From: Candidatus Velthaea sp.
GTDB taxonomy: Bacteria; Vulcanimicrobiota; Vulcanimicrobiia; Vulcanimicrobiales; Vulcanimicrobiaceae
DNA length: 21,643 nt
NCBI GenBank assembly: GCA_050012475.1
Contig: JBEKHC010000086.1
Coordinates: forward strand, 1 to 21,643
Direction of reading: 5' to 3'
The notes under the pieces were generated by a model that worked only from the letters and a program-made list of their open reading frames with translations, had not been told where the DNA came from and made no database searches. Every line of letters starts with the position of its first letter. Position 1 is the first letter of the stretch. This document shows positions 1-7,765 of this stretch, in pieces. Made by a program: the position numbers and the translations under genes.

Positions 1-202
1 TGACCGTAAGATTTATCAGCGCCGTCCACCGTAGGCGCCAACAGCGTGCGCAGCGTCATAGCACGTTGCTTTTGTCGAGCTTTGGTGCGTTGGGACGACG
101 GAATGCGCACGGCGCAGCCCTCGTGTCCCGGTTCATAAAAACGGTGACACAAAGCGGACCGGATCTTCGTTCGCGGAAAGCCGGCTCGCGACTGTCCTCT
201 AT

Positions 203-2302
203 TTATGAACCGAGACACGAGTTTCGTTTGCGCAGCAGCACGGTGACTGAGCGCGGTGCGACGGTGTACGAGAGTGATTCGATCGGTCGAGCGCGATCGA
301 TCTCGTCGACGATGTCGTCGGGGCTGTCTCGGCTCGTATCCACGATCCGGAGCCAAGCCGATGCGTCATCAGCCTGGACGGCAAACGTGAGCGGCTCCCA
401 GTATGCGTTGAGCATCACATAGAGGTCGTCGTCGTTTTCCCGGTCCCCCCGCAGGAGCCACGCCACCGACCGAGAGGCCTCCGTCAAGTCCGGCGACGGG
501 CCGACGCCGTGCCAACGAACATCGCTCTCCCAGAAGGTCGATCGTGCGACCGAAGGGTGGCGCTTGCGGAATGCGATCATCATCGCGAAGAAACGGAAGA
601 CGTCGCGGTGCTCGTCCAGACGCCGCCAGTTCAGCCACGTGACGGGGCTATCCACGTTATACGGATTGGTGTTGCCGCCTTGAGTCTGCAGGAACTCGTC
701 GCCGGCTCGAAACAACGGCGTGCCGTTTGAGAGCATGATCAAACAGCAGAAGTTTTTCGCCTGCCGCTTGCGTAACCGCATGACCTCCGCGGCGACGCCG
801 GTATCGCCGTCCGGGCCGCCGCAGTTCCAGCCCTCCCGCGTCGTATAGGCGACTAGATCGTAGAGCGTCGGACCATCGTGCGAGGCAACGTAGTTGACGC
901 TTTGATAGGGGCGGTACGAGTCGGGGGGGCCCGCCGGAAAGACGTCGGTGCTGCCGTGGACGCGGGTCATCAAATCCGGCACGCACCCCGGAGCGCCCTT
1001 GACGAAACGGCGTGCGGTTTCACGAAACCGGTCGTTCCATTGGCGCCAGTCGATGCCGGGAAAGCTGCGCGCAAAAGGCTGATTGCGTGCACCTTCGTCG
1101 CCGAGCTCATAGTTGGGAAAGCGCGGGTTGCCCTCCCACGGCTCCGCGATCAGCCGCACGCTCGAAAGGTACGGGTCCATCGCGATCTCACCGAAGATCG
1201 GCGGGTCCTCGTACGCGATCGTGCCGTCGGTATTGCGTGAGAAGACCGAGGCGAGATCGAAACGGAACCCGTCGATGCCCAGCTCGCACACCCAGTACCG
1301 CAGGCTTTCGATGACGAGCTGGCGCACTGCTGCGTTCGAGCAATGCAGGGTGTTGCCCGTGCCGGTGTAGTCCGCATACGGACGCGCCGGATCGGGCGAC
1401 GCCATATAGTACGTGCTGTTGTCGATGCCCTTGAAACTAAAGACTGGTCCTGACTCGTCGCTTTCGTTCGTGTGGTTGTAGACGACGTCGAGATAGACTT
1501 CGATGTCCGCCGCGTGCAGCGCCGCCACCATCGTTCGAAACTCGTTCGTCTGTTCGCCCGGGACCGACGCGTAGTCGTGCTGCAGCGCGAAGAACGCGAG
1601 CGGCATGTATCCCCAGTAGTTCGGTTCCGTGCGGTCGAACTGGAACACTGGCATCAGCTCGATGGCGGTGATGCCGAGCGCTTGCAGATACGGGATTTTG
1701 TCGATCACACCGAGGTACGTGCCGCGGCGGTCCTCGGGGGCGCCCGAGCTCGGATCTTCCGTAAAGCCTCGTACGTGCATTTCGTAGATCACGAGCGCAC
1801 TATCGTGCCGCGGGCGGCGACCCGCGTCGAAAATCGGTAAACCGGCTCTGACGCGCGAAACCTCGCGAGCGAGTAAGCCGAGCGGTGCCCGTCCGTCATT
1901 CGCTCCGGGCTCGACGGCGGCGCGGCGGTCAAATCCCGGTGGAAAGAAGACGCCGCGCGCGTATGGGTCGAGCAGAATCTTCCGCGGGTTGAATGCATGC
2001 CGCTCGAAACGGTCACCGGACGGCGGCGGCCCGTCGATGCGATACGCGTAGTACTTGGCATCCCCCAGGAGTGCGTCCGAAACCCGGGCGTGCCAGACGC
2101 GGCCGGTTCGATTCTTGCGGAGGTCGAATTCGAGCCGGAAGACCGGTTCGACGAGGTTCGTCGCACCATAGCAAAGCAGCGTCACCGCGGTCGCGTATTT
2201 CGAATAGATCGCGAAATTGAACGCTTTGCGTTCGGCCAGCCACGTCGCGCCAAGCGGCTTGGCAGAGCCGTCACGGTCGCTCCATCGTCGAGCTTGCTGC
2301 AT
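203..2302 (-). CDS. glgX: GH13 glycogen debranching enzyme / isoamylase-like (GlgX paralog 1, divergent), 699 aa
   Basis: N-terminal CBM48-like segment (PLGATW...FNFAIYS...WH...YAYRIDG...LLDPYA). Conserved motifs IYEMHVRGFT, NYWGY and DVVYNHT. Catalytic-triad regions DGFRFDLA, LIAEPW and VASHDG, plus NPYNVD. Confidence 0.9.
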   Translation of the reverse strand: MQQARRWSDRDGSAKPLGATWLAERKAFNFAIYSKYATAVTLLCYGATNLVEPVFRLEFDLRKNRTGRVWHARVSDALLGDAKYYAYRIDGPPPSGDRFERHAFNPRKILLDPYARGVFFPPGFDRRAAVEPGANDGRAPLGLLAREVSRVRAGLPIFDAGRRPRHDSALVIYEMHVRGFTEDPSSGAPEDRRGTYLGVIDKIPYLQALGITAIELMPVFQFDRTEPNYWGYMPLAFFALQHDYASVPGEQTNEFRTMVAALHAADIEVYLDVVYNHTNESDESGPVFSFKGIDNSTYYMASPDPARPYADYTGTGNTLHCSNAAVRQLVIESLRYWVCELGIDGFRFDLASVFSRNTDGTIAYEDPPIFGEIAMDPYLSSVRLIAEPWEGNPRFPNYELGDEGARNQPFARSFPGIDWRQWNDRFRETARRFVKGAPGCVPDLMTRVHGSTDVFPAGPPDSYRPYQSVNYVASHDGPTLYDLVAYTTREGWNCGGPDGDTGVAAEVMRLRKRQAKNFCCLIMLSNGTPLFRAGDEFLQTQGGNTNPYNVDSPVTWLNWRRLDEHRDVFRFFAMMIAFRKRHPSVARSTFWESDVRWHGVGPSPDLTEASRSVAWLLRGDRENDDDLYVMLNAYWEPLTFAVQADDASAWLRIVDTSRDSPDDIVDEIDRARPIESLSYTVAPRSVTVLLRKRNSCLGS

Positions 2303-2409
2303 TCAGTGCGCGCTCGTCTTACGCCGGCGGGGCGACGTTCCGCAGCAGTTTGATACGATGGGGTTCACGGTGCTTCGATCGTATCCGACGGTGGTCTGCG
2401 GCTCGATCT

Positions 2410-3090
2410 TCAGGACGAGAACGAGTAGTTCAGGCCGAAGTTATTGTCCCAGTACGTCGTGCCGGCGACGGTGAGAAACGCTGCGAACTGACCGCTTTCG
2501 CCGGCCCCGACCGGAGCCACGATCTCCCAGAGCTCGGCATTGGGCTGATGAGGCAAACGCACCGGAGCGAGCGACTGCAAGTAACTGCCGAAAGCGTTCT
2601 GCAGAGTCAGCCAACCATCAGTGGTGTAGACGATGGCCACTTGTTTCTCGAAGCCGATATTCTTCACCAGGAGGTTAACCGCAAGAGTTCCGCCGGCGTC
2701 GACTCCCCAGGTAAGGCCCAAAACGTTGCGATTGATCACTGCGGTTCCAAGTCCGAACGTCCCCTCCGCAACCCGAGTGTCGAGGCGATAGTAGTGTCCT
2801 CCGTTCGTGTCCAAGTAGAGATCTGCCAGATCTTGGTAGCCGACACCAAAGCGGTCGATCAGCGACCCAACGCTTGCTTCCCAAATTTCGGCGTTGTGCG
2901 GGACGGAACGGCTATAGCTGCAGGGGTGGAAGTTCCAGGTATCCGTGGAAACGTCGTGACCCCAGATGCCGACGTACTTGGCAAAGGCTAGATTCTGTAC
3001 GAGCACCAAAAAGTTTGAAGAGTAGCGTGAACTTCCCGTCTCGCTTCGAGCGACACTAGCTTCTGCCCGCAGCAGCTCGACCGCATTCAT
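2410..3090 (-). CDS. Stand-alone protein with two tandem CBM21-like (glycogen/starch-binding) domains, ~226 aa
   Basis: The C-terminal repeat has the CBM21 signatures LVKNIGFEKQVAIVYTTDGW and YWDNNFGLNY. The N-terminal repeat is a degenerate copy (LVQNLAFAKYVGI ... NAEIWE ... LYLDTNGGHYY). Start reassigned from 3147 to ATG 3090, which has a GAGGAGG RBS at ~3100-3106. Confidence 0.8.
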   Translation of the reverse strand: MNAVELLRAEASVARSETGSSRYSSNFLVLVQNLAFAKYVGIWGHDVSTDTWNFHPCSYSRSVPHNAEIWEASVGSLIDRFGVGYQDLADLYLDTNGGHYYRLDTRVAEGTFGLGTAVINRNVLGLTWGVDAGGTLAVNLLVKNIGFEKQVAIVYTTDGWLTLQNAFGSYLQSLAPVRLPHQPNAELWEIVAPVGAGESGQFAAFLTVAGTTYWDNNFGLNYSFSS

Positions 3091-3522
3091 GACCAACCGC
3101 CTCCTCTGGCCGCTTCGTGATGTTTCCGTCTTTCCGCTAGGACCCAAAGTGCTTCACGCTCGGCGTGCGACTCAGCGGCTTTCAACCCAAAGCGAGGCGC
3201 TGTGCCGCAACGCGGATCGCTGGTGAAATCCCCTTGAAATCCAGACCGATCCGGTGCTCGATTCCCGAAGCGGTTTGCGCTCGGGAAATGCAGCGAAAAC
3301 AACGGCGTTAAAGATGGTACCCTGAAGTCGAAACCGCCCTCGACTCAGGCGCTTTATTGAACAGGTGCGGAAATAACCCCCGGGCCGACCGCCGCCTTGG
3401 GCGTAGCCGAATCCGCCTTCGGGCCGCCAAGGAGTCCACGCGCGACGCGAACGCGGCGCAGCGCTGTGACACTCGGTCGCTGTCGCCGCGCGCGGGTTAC
3501 CGCAAGAAAGGCCGGCGGGCTT

Positions 3523-4983
3523 TCAAAACTCGTGCGTGAGGATCTCGCTGGTACGCCGCGAAAGCTCGCTGCCGTAATCCGTCCAGATCCCCTGGCCCCA
3601 GTATCGGTAGCAGCTCGTTTCCGCGGTGAGCAGGTGGAAGAGCGCGTTGCGGTAGCGCGCTTCGTCGGTGTGGACGCCTGGCCTCAGCGCCCGCTCGTGG
3701 AACAGCGAGCTGGCCTTCTCCATGGGAATGAGAACTTGGTCGTATCCGCGGACCCAGGACATGTCATTGGTCCAGCTCCCGCCTTCCATATGGAAGCGTC
3801 CGTCCTCCCGTCGGAGCTCATCGATCACCGTGGCCAGCCGCTCGGGCCCGTCGCCCGGCGCCATTTTGTCCCAAATGCGCTTTTGGAAGATCGGCCGGAT
3901 GACGGGCAGGTCGTCCGGGCCGATCCCGGTCGAGTACAACCGTTCGAGATACTCGGTCGCGTTCACCATCGGTGTCCGGGAGCCCGAGCACTCACGCACG
4001 ACCTCGAGATACTTGGACGGAAACTCGTTCATCATCACGCCCCCGTTTTCGCCGTCGGCGATCTGGGTGACGAGCGGGGGGACGGGCTTTCCCGCGAGAT
4101 CAACCCGCGACAACCCTTTGGCTTCATAGTAGGGCTGCATCTGGGCGACCAGCTTGGTGTCGCTGCCTTGCGTCTTGATGATGGCGGTGATGCTGGCGGT
4201 CTCGCCGCGCGAATTCGTGCATACCAGCCGATGCGGCAGGTGTGGTCGCGAAAGACCTCGTCCGTCGAGTTCTTCCACGGTATGCACTTGCACGAGAACC
4301 CATTCGTAACCGCAATCCGTCAATGTTTTGACGAACTCGTAGGCGACGTCGGGATGATTGGGCAAAGCCATCTCGGACGGTGAGAAGCCGCGAATCCGCC
4401 CGAGGGCTTCGAGTCCGAAGATGGCCGCAAAGTGGTGCTGCCAGGCGCGAACGTGCAGGCGAAAGTCCTGAATGGGGGTCGAGGGTGCCACGGCATGTCC
4501 CCACGGAGCGCCCAGCCACTCCACCGCCCCGCGGTAGTACGGGTCGCAGGTGATCTTCGCCAAACCGTCGAGCACATCGTTGGCTCCCATCTGGCGCAAC
4601 CCGTGGAGCAGCGTTCCCGAATACTCGAGCATCACGCGCGGCGCAAAGCCTTCGTGCAGCAACTGCGGCACGAATTCGGCCATGCGTTTGTAGCACCACA
4701 GAAAAACCGGAGCATTGTGGTTGTCGCCGATCCCCGGGTTGTCCATCATCGCTTGCAGGTTGCCGATGGTCGCCGCGGTGTGGAGATCGCTCCCGCCCGC
4801 GGGAATGAGCGGCTGGTGCATGTGCAAGGCGATTGCGAAGGCGCTCTCGATGTTCCCAAACCCTTGCGTGCCCGCGGGCAGAAACACCGGACGCGTTCGA
4901 CCCTCGCGCAGTGCGGCATCGATGCGGTCCTCGGCCCCGCAGATGTTGGGTAGTCCGTCGACGTACTCGGGCAATTCTCCCAT
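3523..4983 (-). CDS. Glycoside hydrolase family 57 protein (uncharacterised-type subfamily), ~486 aa
   Basis: GH57 motifs HMHQP, YSGTLL, GFSPSEM (nucleophile Glu), IADGENGG (acid/base Asp), GGSW and AETSCYRYW. Start reassigned to ATG 4983, which has a GGAGGAG RBS upstream. The track's extension to 5199 overlaps glgA. Confidence 0.85.
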   Translation of the reverse strand: MGELPEYVDGLPNICGAEDRIDAALREGRTRPVFLPAGTQGFGNIESAFAIALHMHQPLIPAGGSDLHTAATIGNLQAMMDNPGIGDNHNAPVFLWCYKRMAEFVPQLLHEGFAPRVMLEYSGTLLHGLRQMGANDVLDGLAKITCDPYYRGAVEWLGAPWGHAVAPSTPIQDFRLHVRAWQHHFAAIFGLEALGRIRGFSPSEMALPNHPDVAYEFVKTLTDCGYEWVLVQVHTVEELDGRGLSRPHLPHRLVCTNSRGETASITAIIKTQGSDTKLVAQMQPYYEAKGLSRVDLAGKPVPPLVTQIADGENGGVMMNEFPSKYLEVVRECSGSRTPMVNATEYLERLYSTGIGPDDLPVIRPIFQKRIWDKMAPGDGPERLATVIDELRREDGRFHMEGGSWTNDMSWVRGYDQVLIPMEKASSLFHERALRPGVHTDEARYRNALFHLLTAETSCYRYWGQGIWTDYGSELSRRTSEILTHEF

Positions 4984-5017
4984 GATTCTCTCCTCCGTTA
5001 CCGGCTCCGCCCGGCGT

Positions 5018-6490
5018 TCACTTGTGGCGGATGTGCTCGTAGATGTTGATGTAATGTTGAGCCGGTGCGGCCCACGAATGATCTTGACGCATGCCATTGA
5101 CGATGAGCTCACGAAACTCCGTCGGGTAGGAAGACCAAAGTCCGACGGCGCGGTCGAGCGCCGATTCGACGGCAATATTATCGGTCTGGTGGAAGACATA
5201 CCCGTTGCGCTCTCCGGGCGGCCGGTCCGAGTAATCCCGATCGAAGACCGTGTCGACGAGTCCCCCGACCGCCCGCACGATCGGAACCGTGCCGTACTTC
5301 AGGGCGATCATCTGCGACAGGCCGCACGGCTCGAAGAGGCTCGGCAGCAGAATCATATCGGCACCGGCGTAGATGAGATGCGACAACTCTACGTCGAAGC
5401 CGATCTCGAGGTGGCAGTCGGGGTGGTCGTTCAGAAGCCGCTTGAGGTGCCAGAAGTGATCGTTGATGGCAGGCTCCGCAGCCCCGCCCATCACGACGAC
5501 CTGCACTCCGCGAGCCAGCGCGTAAAAGATGGCGTGGTGGATGAGGTGGACGCCCTTCTGGCGATCGAGCCGGCCGACATACGAGAGAATCGGCTTGAAG
5601 TCTTTGCGGAGCAAAAGGCGGTCGCGCAGCGCTTCCTTGACGGCGTATTTCCCGCCGAGCTCGTCGGAGGTGAAATGTTGAGGGATGAGCGGATCGATCT
5701 CCGGATTCCACACGTCGTAGTCGACGCCGTTGAGCACGCCGCCGAACTTTCCGCGATGCGCGTGCAGAACAGGTGCCAATCCCTGTGCCTGCTCGGTGTA
5801 CAAAGCCTCCCGCGCATGTTGCGGTGAGACGGTGGTGACGAAATTCGAATAGACGATGCCGCCCTTCATGAGATTGAGTGCGGCGTCGTTGGCGGTGTCC
5901 CGCAGGCGTCGGTAGTCGAAGAAGTGCGCTGGACGGTTCAACCCCGTCGCGCGGAGGATGAACTCGCCGGTCACCCCTTGGTGCGCGAAGTTATGGATCG
6001 TGTAACAGACTCGCTGGTCGTGCATTCCGATTTGTTGATACATCTCGAAGAGCAGCACCGGCACGAGGGCGGTTTGCCAATCGTGGCAGTGGATGACGTC
6101 GGGCCGGCGATTCGTGCGCAGCATGAACTCCAGCGCCGCCTTGGAAAAGAATGCGAATCGCGTGACGTCATCGGCGAAACCGTACAACTGCCCGCGGTTG
6201 AAAAAATTGTCCGGGGAATGCGGGTCGATAAAAAAACAACGCCTGCCATGGGCGAGTCCGAACCAAACCGTGCAGCGGATCGATCCCGAGTACCAGGGGA
6301 CCCAGAGGTCATGGTACGCGACCGAGAGCCCCTCGATCCGGTCGTAGCGCATGCAATCGTATTTGGGAAGGATGATGTCGAGGGTGTGCCCACGCAGTTC
6401 CAACTCGCGGCTGAGGCCCAAAATGACCTCGCCCAATCCGCCCGCTTGCGCCACCGGCGCACACTCCGAAGCAACCATTACGACGAACAT
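5018..6490 (-). CDS. glgA: Glycogen/starch synthase (GT5), 490 aa, with QAGGL in place of KXGGL
   Basis: Motifs ASECAPVAQAGGLG, IHCHDWQT, YTIHNF, TTVS, LNGVD, GRLDRQKG, PSLFEPCGLSQMIA and RAVGGLVDTV. The ASECAP...GLSRELE N-terminus resembles cyanobacterial-type GlgA (from memory). Confidence 0.93.
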   Translation of the reverse strand: MFVVMVASECAPVAQAGGLGEVILGLSRELELRGHTLDIILPKYDCMRYDRIEGLSVAYHDLWVPWYSGSIRCTVWFGLAHGRRCFFIDPHSPDNFFNRGQLYGFADDVTRFAFFSKAALEFMLRTNRRPDVIHCHDWQTALVPVLLFEMYQQIGMHDQRVCYTIHNFAHQGVTGEFILRATGLNRPAHFFDYRRLRDTANDAALNLMKGGIVYSNFVTTVSPQHAREALYTEQAQGLAPVLHAHRGKFGGVLNGVDYDVWNPEIDPLIPQHFTSDELGGKYAVKEALRDRLLLRKDFKPILSYVGRLDRQKGVHLIHHAIFYALARGVQVVVMGGAAEPAINDHFWHLKRLLNDHPDCHLEIGFDVELSHLIYAGADMILLPSLFEPCGLSQMIALKYGTVPIVRAVGGLVDTVFDRDYSDRPPGERNGYVFHQTDNIAVESALDRAVGLWSSYPTEFRELIVNGMRQDHSWAAPAQHYINIYEHIRHK

Positions 6491-6550
6491 GGCAGCCTTC
6501 GTTCCCTTCCCTCAGCCCCGGCCAGCGTCGGCTTCACCGAAGCCTCCCGA

Positions 6551-6577
6551 CGTCGTCTGTCCGACGAGTCGGACAAA
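6551..6577. repeat. Palindromic repeat copy 1: CGTCGTC-TGTCCGAC-GA-GTCGGACA-AA
   Basis: Perfect 8-bp inverted repeat at 6558-6575. The 27-mer matches 8356-8382 at 24/27 positions. Confidence 0.85.
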
Positions 6578-6580
6578 TAC

Positions 6581-7765
6581 CTAGGAGCGCGATGCGGCTT
6601 CGCCCAGCAGCCAACAAGCGACGTCGAGATCGTCGTTGCAGCGTTGCACCCACGCGTCGCCCCAGAAGAAATTGCAGCTGGTTTCGGCTCGCAGGACTCG
6701 CCACTGAGCGTCTCCCAGTAATTGGTAGAGGCGTGCATCCTCGCTCCTGCAACCGGCGGCCCTGCTCCAAGCCGCATGGACGGCATGGCTCACCCGGGCG
6801 ACTCGCTCGAGCGCTTCTCGCTGCGGGCCTGATCCCGTCCATTGGACGAAGCCGGTTCCGCTGTGCCAGCCGGTGTTCCACGCACCGGTACGAACCCGCA
6901 CCTCACCTTCGGCTCCATGGGCTTGGAGGTAGTCGTCGATGAACGTGGGGCGGATTCCGGCGCTCTGGTTCGAGCGCACTCGCTCGAGGAGATCGTGGTA
7001 GAAATGGCCCCAAAAGTTGTTCGGCATCGACGTGTTCCGGAACCAGCCGCCGTTGTCGCCGTCGGTAGCCGTCGTGACGAGCGGCGGAAAACTGCAGAAT
7101 TTGGTTCTCGCGCCGACCTCTTGGATGAACCAGCCTGCGTCGAGACCGCTTTCCTGAGCGTCGGAAAGCTCGCGGTCCCGCACGACGACGATGATCTCTT
7201 CACCGCCGAAGCGCGCCCAATGCGGGCGGTAACGCAGTTCCTCCCAGCGCATCGGCGTAACCGCTTCGACATGTTCGCTGTCAACAATCACGTAACGATA
7301 TCCCGCGCGCCGCAGAGCCGGGATGAGTTCCATACAAAAACCCATTTCCGGCGGCCAGAAGCCGCGGAATTCGGGCCGGCTGAACAGATGCCGCGCGATT
7401 CCGAGCCAGCGCCCAAGCTGCTCGTCCCAATCTTGGGCCGGGATGAGCGGCAGTACGGGATGATAGTACCCGGTGCCGAGGATCTGTATGATGCGCGTAT
7501 TTTGCAAGTGCCACAGCAGCGAGCCGCAATCGACGATTCCGTAGGCATCGTGTTGAAATTTCGGATCAGCCAGCGTCTCGAGCAGTGTTCCCGATACGGA
7601 CAGATGCACGCGCGCGACGTCTTCGTAGCCCCAAAGCGCGCGTGGAATGCGGTCGATCGCCCACAGGATCTCGTTGGCCATCCAATCGCCGCGGTGGAGC
7701 ATGTCCTCAAGGTTTCCCGGTGGCTGATGCAGGTTGAGTACCAGGGCGAACTGAGCATCGATCAT
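6581..7765 (-). CDS. Second glycoside hydrolase family 57 protein, 394 aa
   Basis: GH57 motifs NLHQP, VSGTLLE, GTGYYHPVLPL, GFWPPEMG, ATDGDNGG, GAW and AETSCNFFW. ATG at 7765 with GAGG upstream. Confidence 0.85.
   Translation of the reverse strand: MIDAQFALVLNLHQPPGNLEDMLHRGDWMANEILWAIDRIPRALWGYEDVARVHLSVSGTLLETLADPKFQHDAYGIVDCGSLLWHLQNTRIIQILGTGYYHPVLPLIPAQDWDEQLGRWLGIARHLFSRPEFRGFWPPEMGFCMELIPALRRAGYRYVIVDSEHVEAVTPMRWEELRYRPHWARFGGEEIIVVVRDRELSDAQESGLDAGWFIQEVGARTKFCSFPPLVTTATDGDNGGWFRNTSMPNNFWGHFYHDLLERVRSNQSAGIRPTFIDDYLQAHGAEGEVRVRTGAWNTGWHSGTGFVQWTGSGPQREALERVARVSHAVHAAWSRAAGCRSEDARLYQLLGDAQWRVLRAETSCNFFWGDAWVQRCNDDLDVACWLLGEAASRS

Noticed and set aside
1..59. Possible gene start on the minus strand (MTLRTLLAPTVDGADKSYG...) or a gene end on the plus strand
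   Set aside because: Under 20 codons visible, no clear RBS and no recognisable motif.
3507..3523. AAAGGCC-GGC-GGGCTTT as an intrinsic terminator after the GH57 gene
   Set aside because: Short stem with an internal mismatch and a poor U-tract.
4984..5199. N-terminal extensions in the ORF track (GH57 to 5199, malQ to 10568, glgX to 12733, GH63 to 16988, CBM21 protein to 3147)
   Set aside because: They overlap upstream genes or are not protein-like. Family homology and, where present, RBS or stop-start coupling point to the downstream starts.
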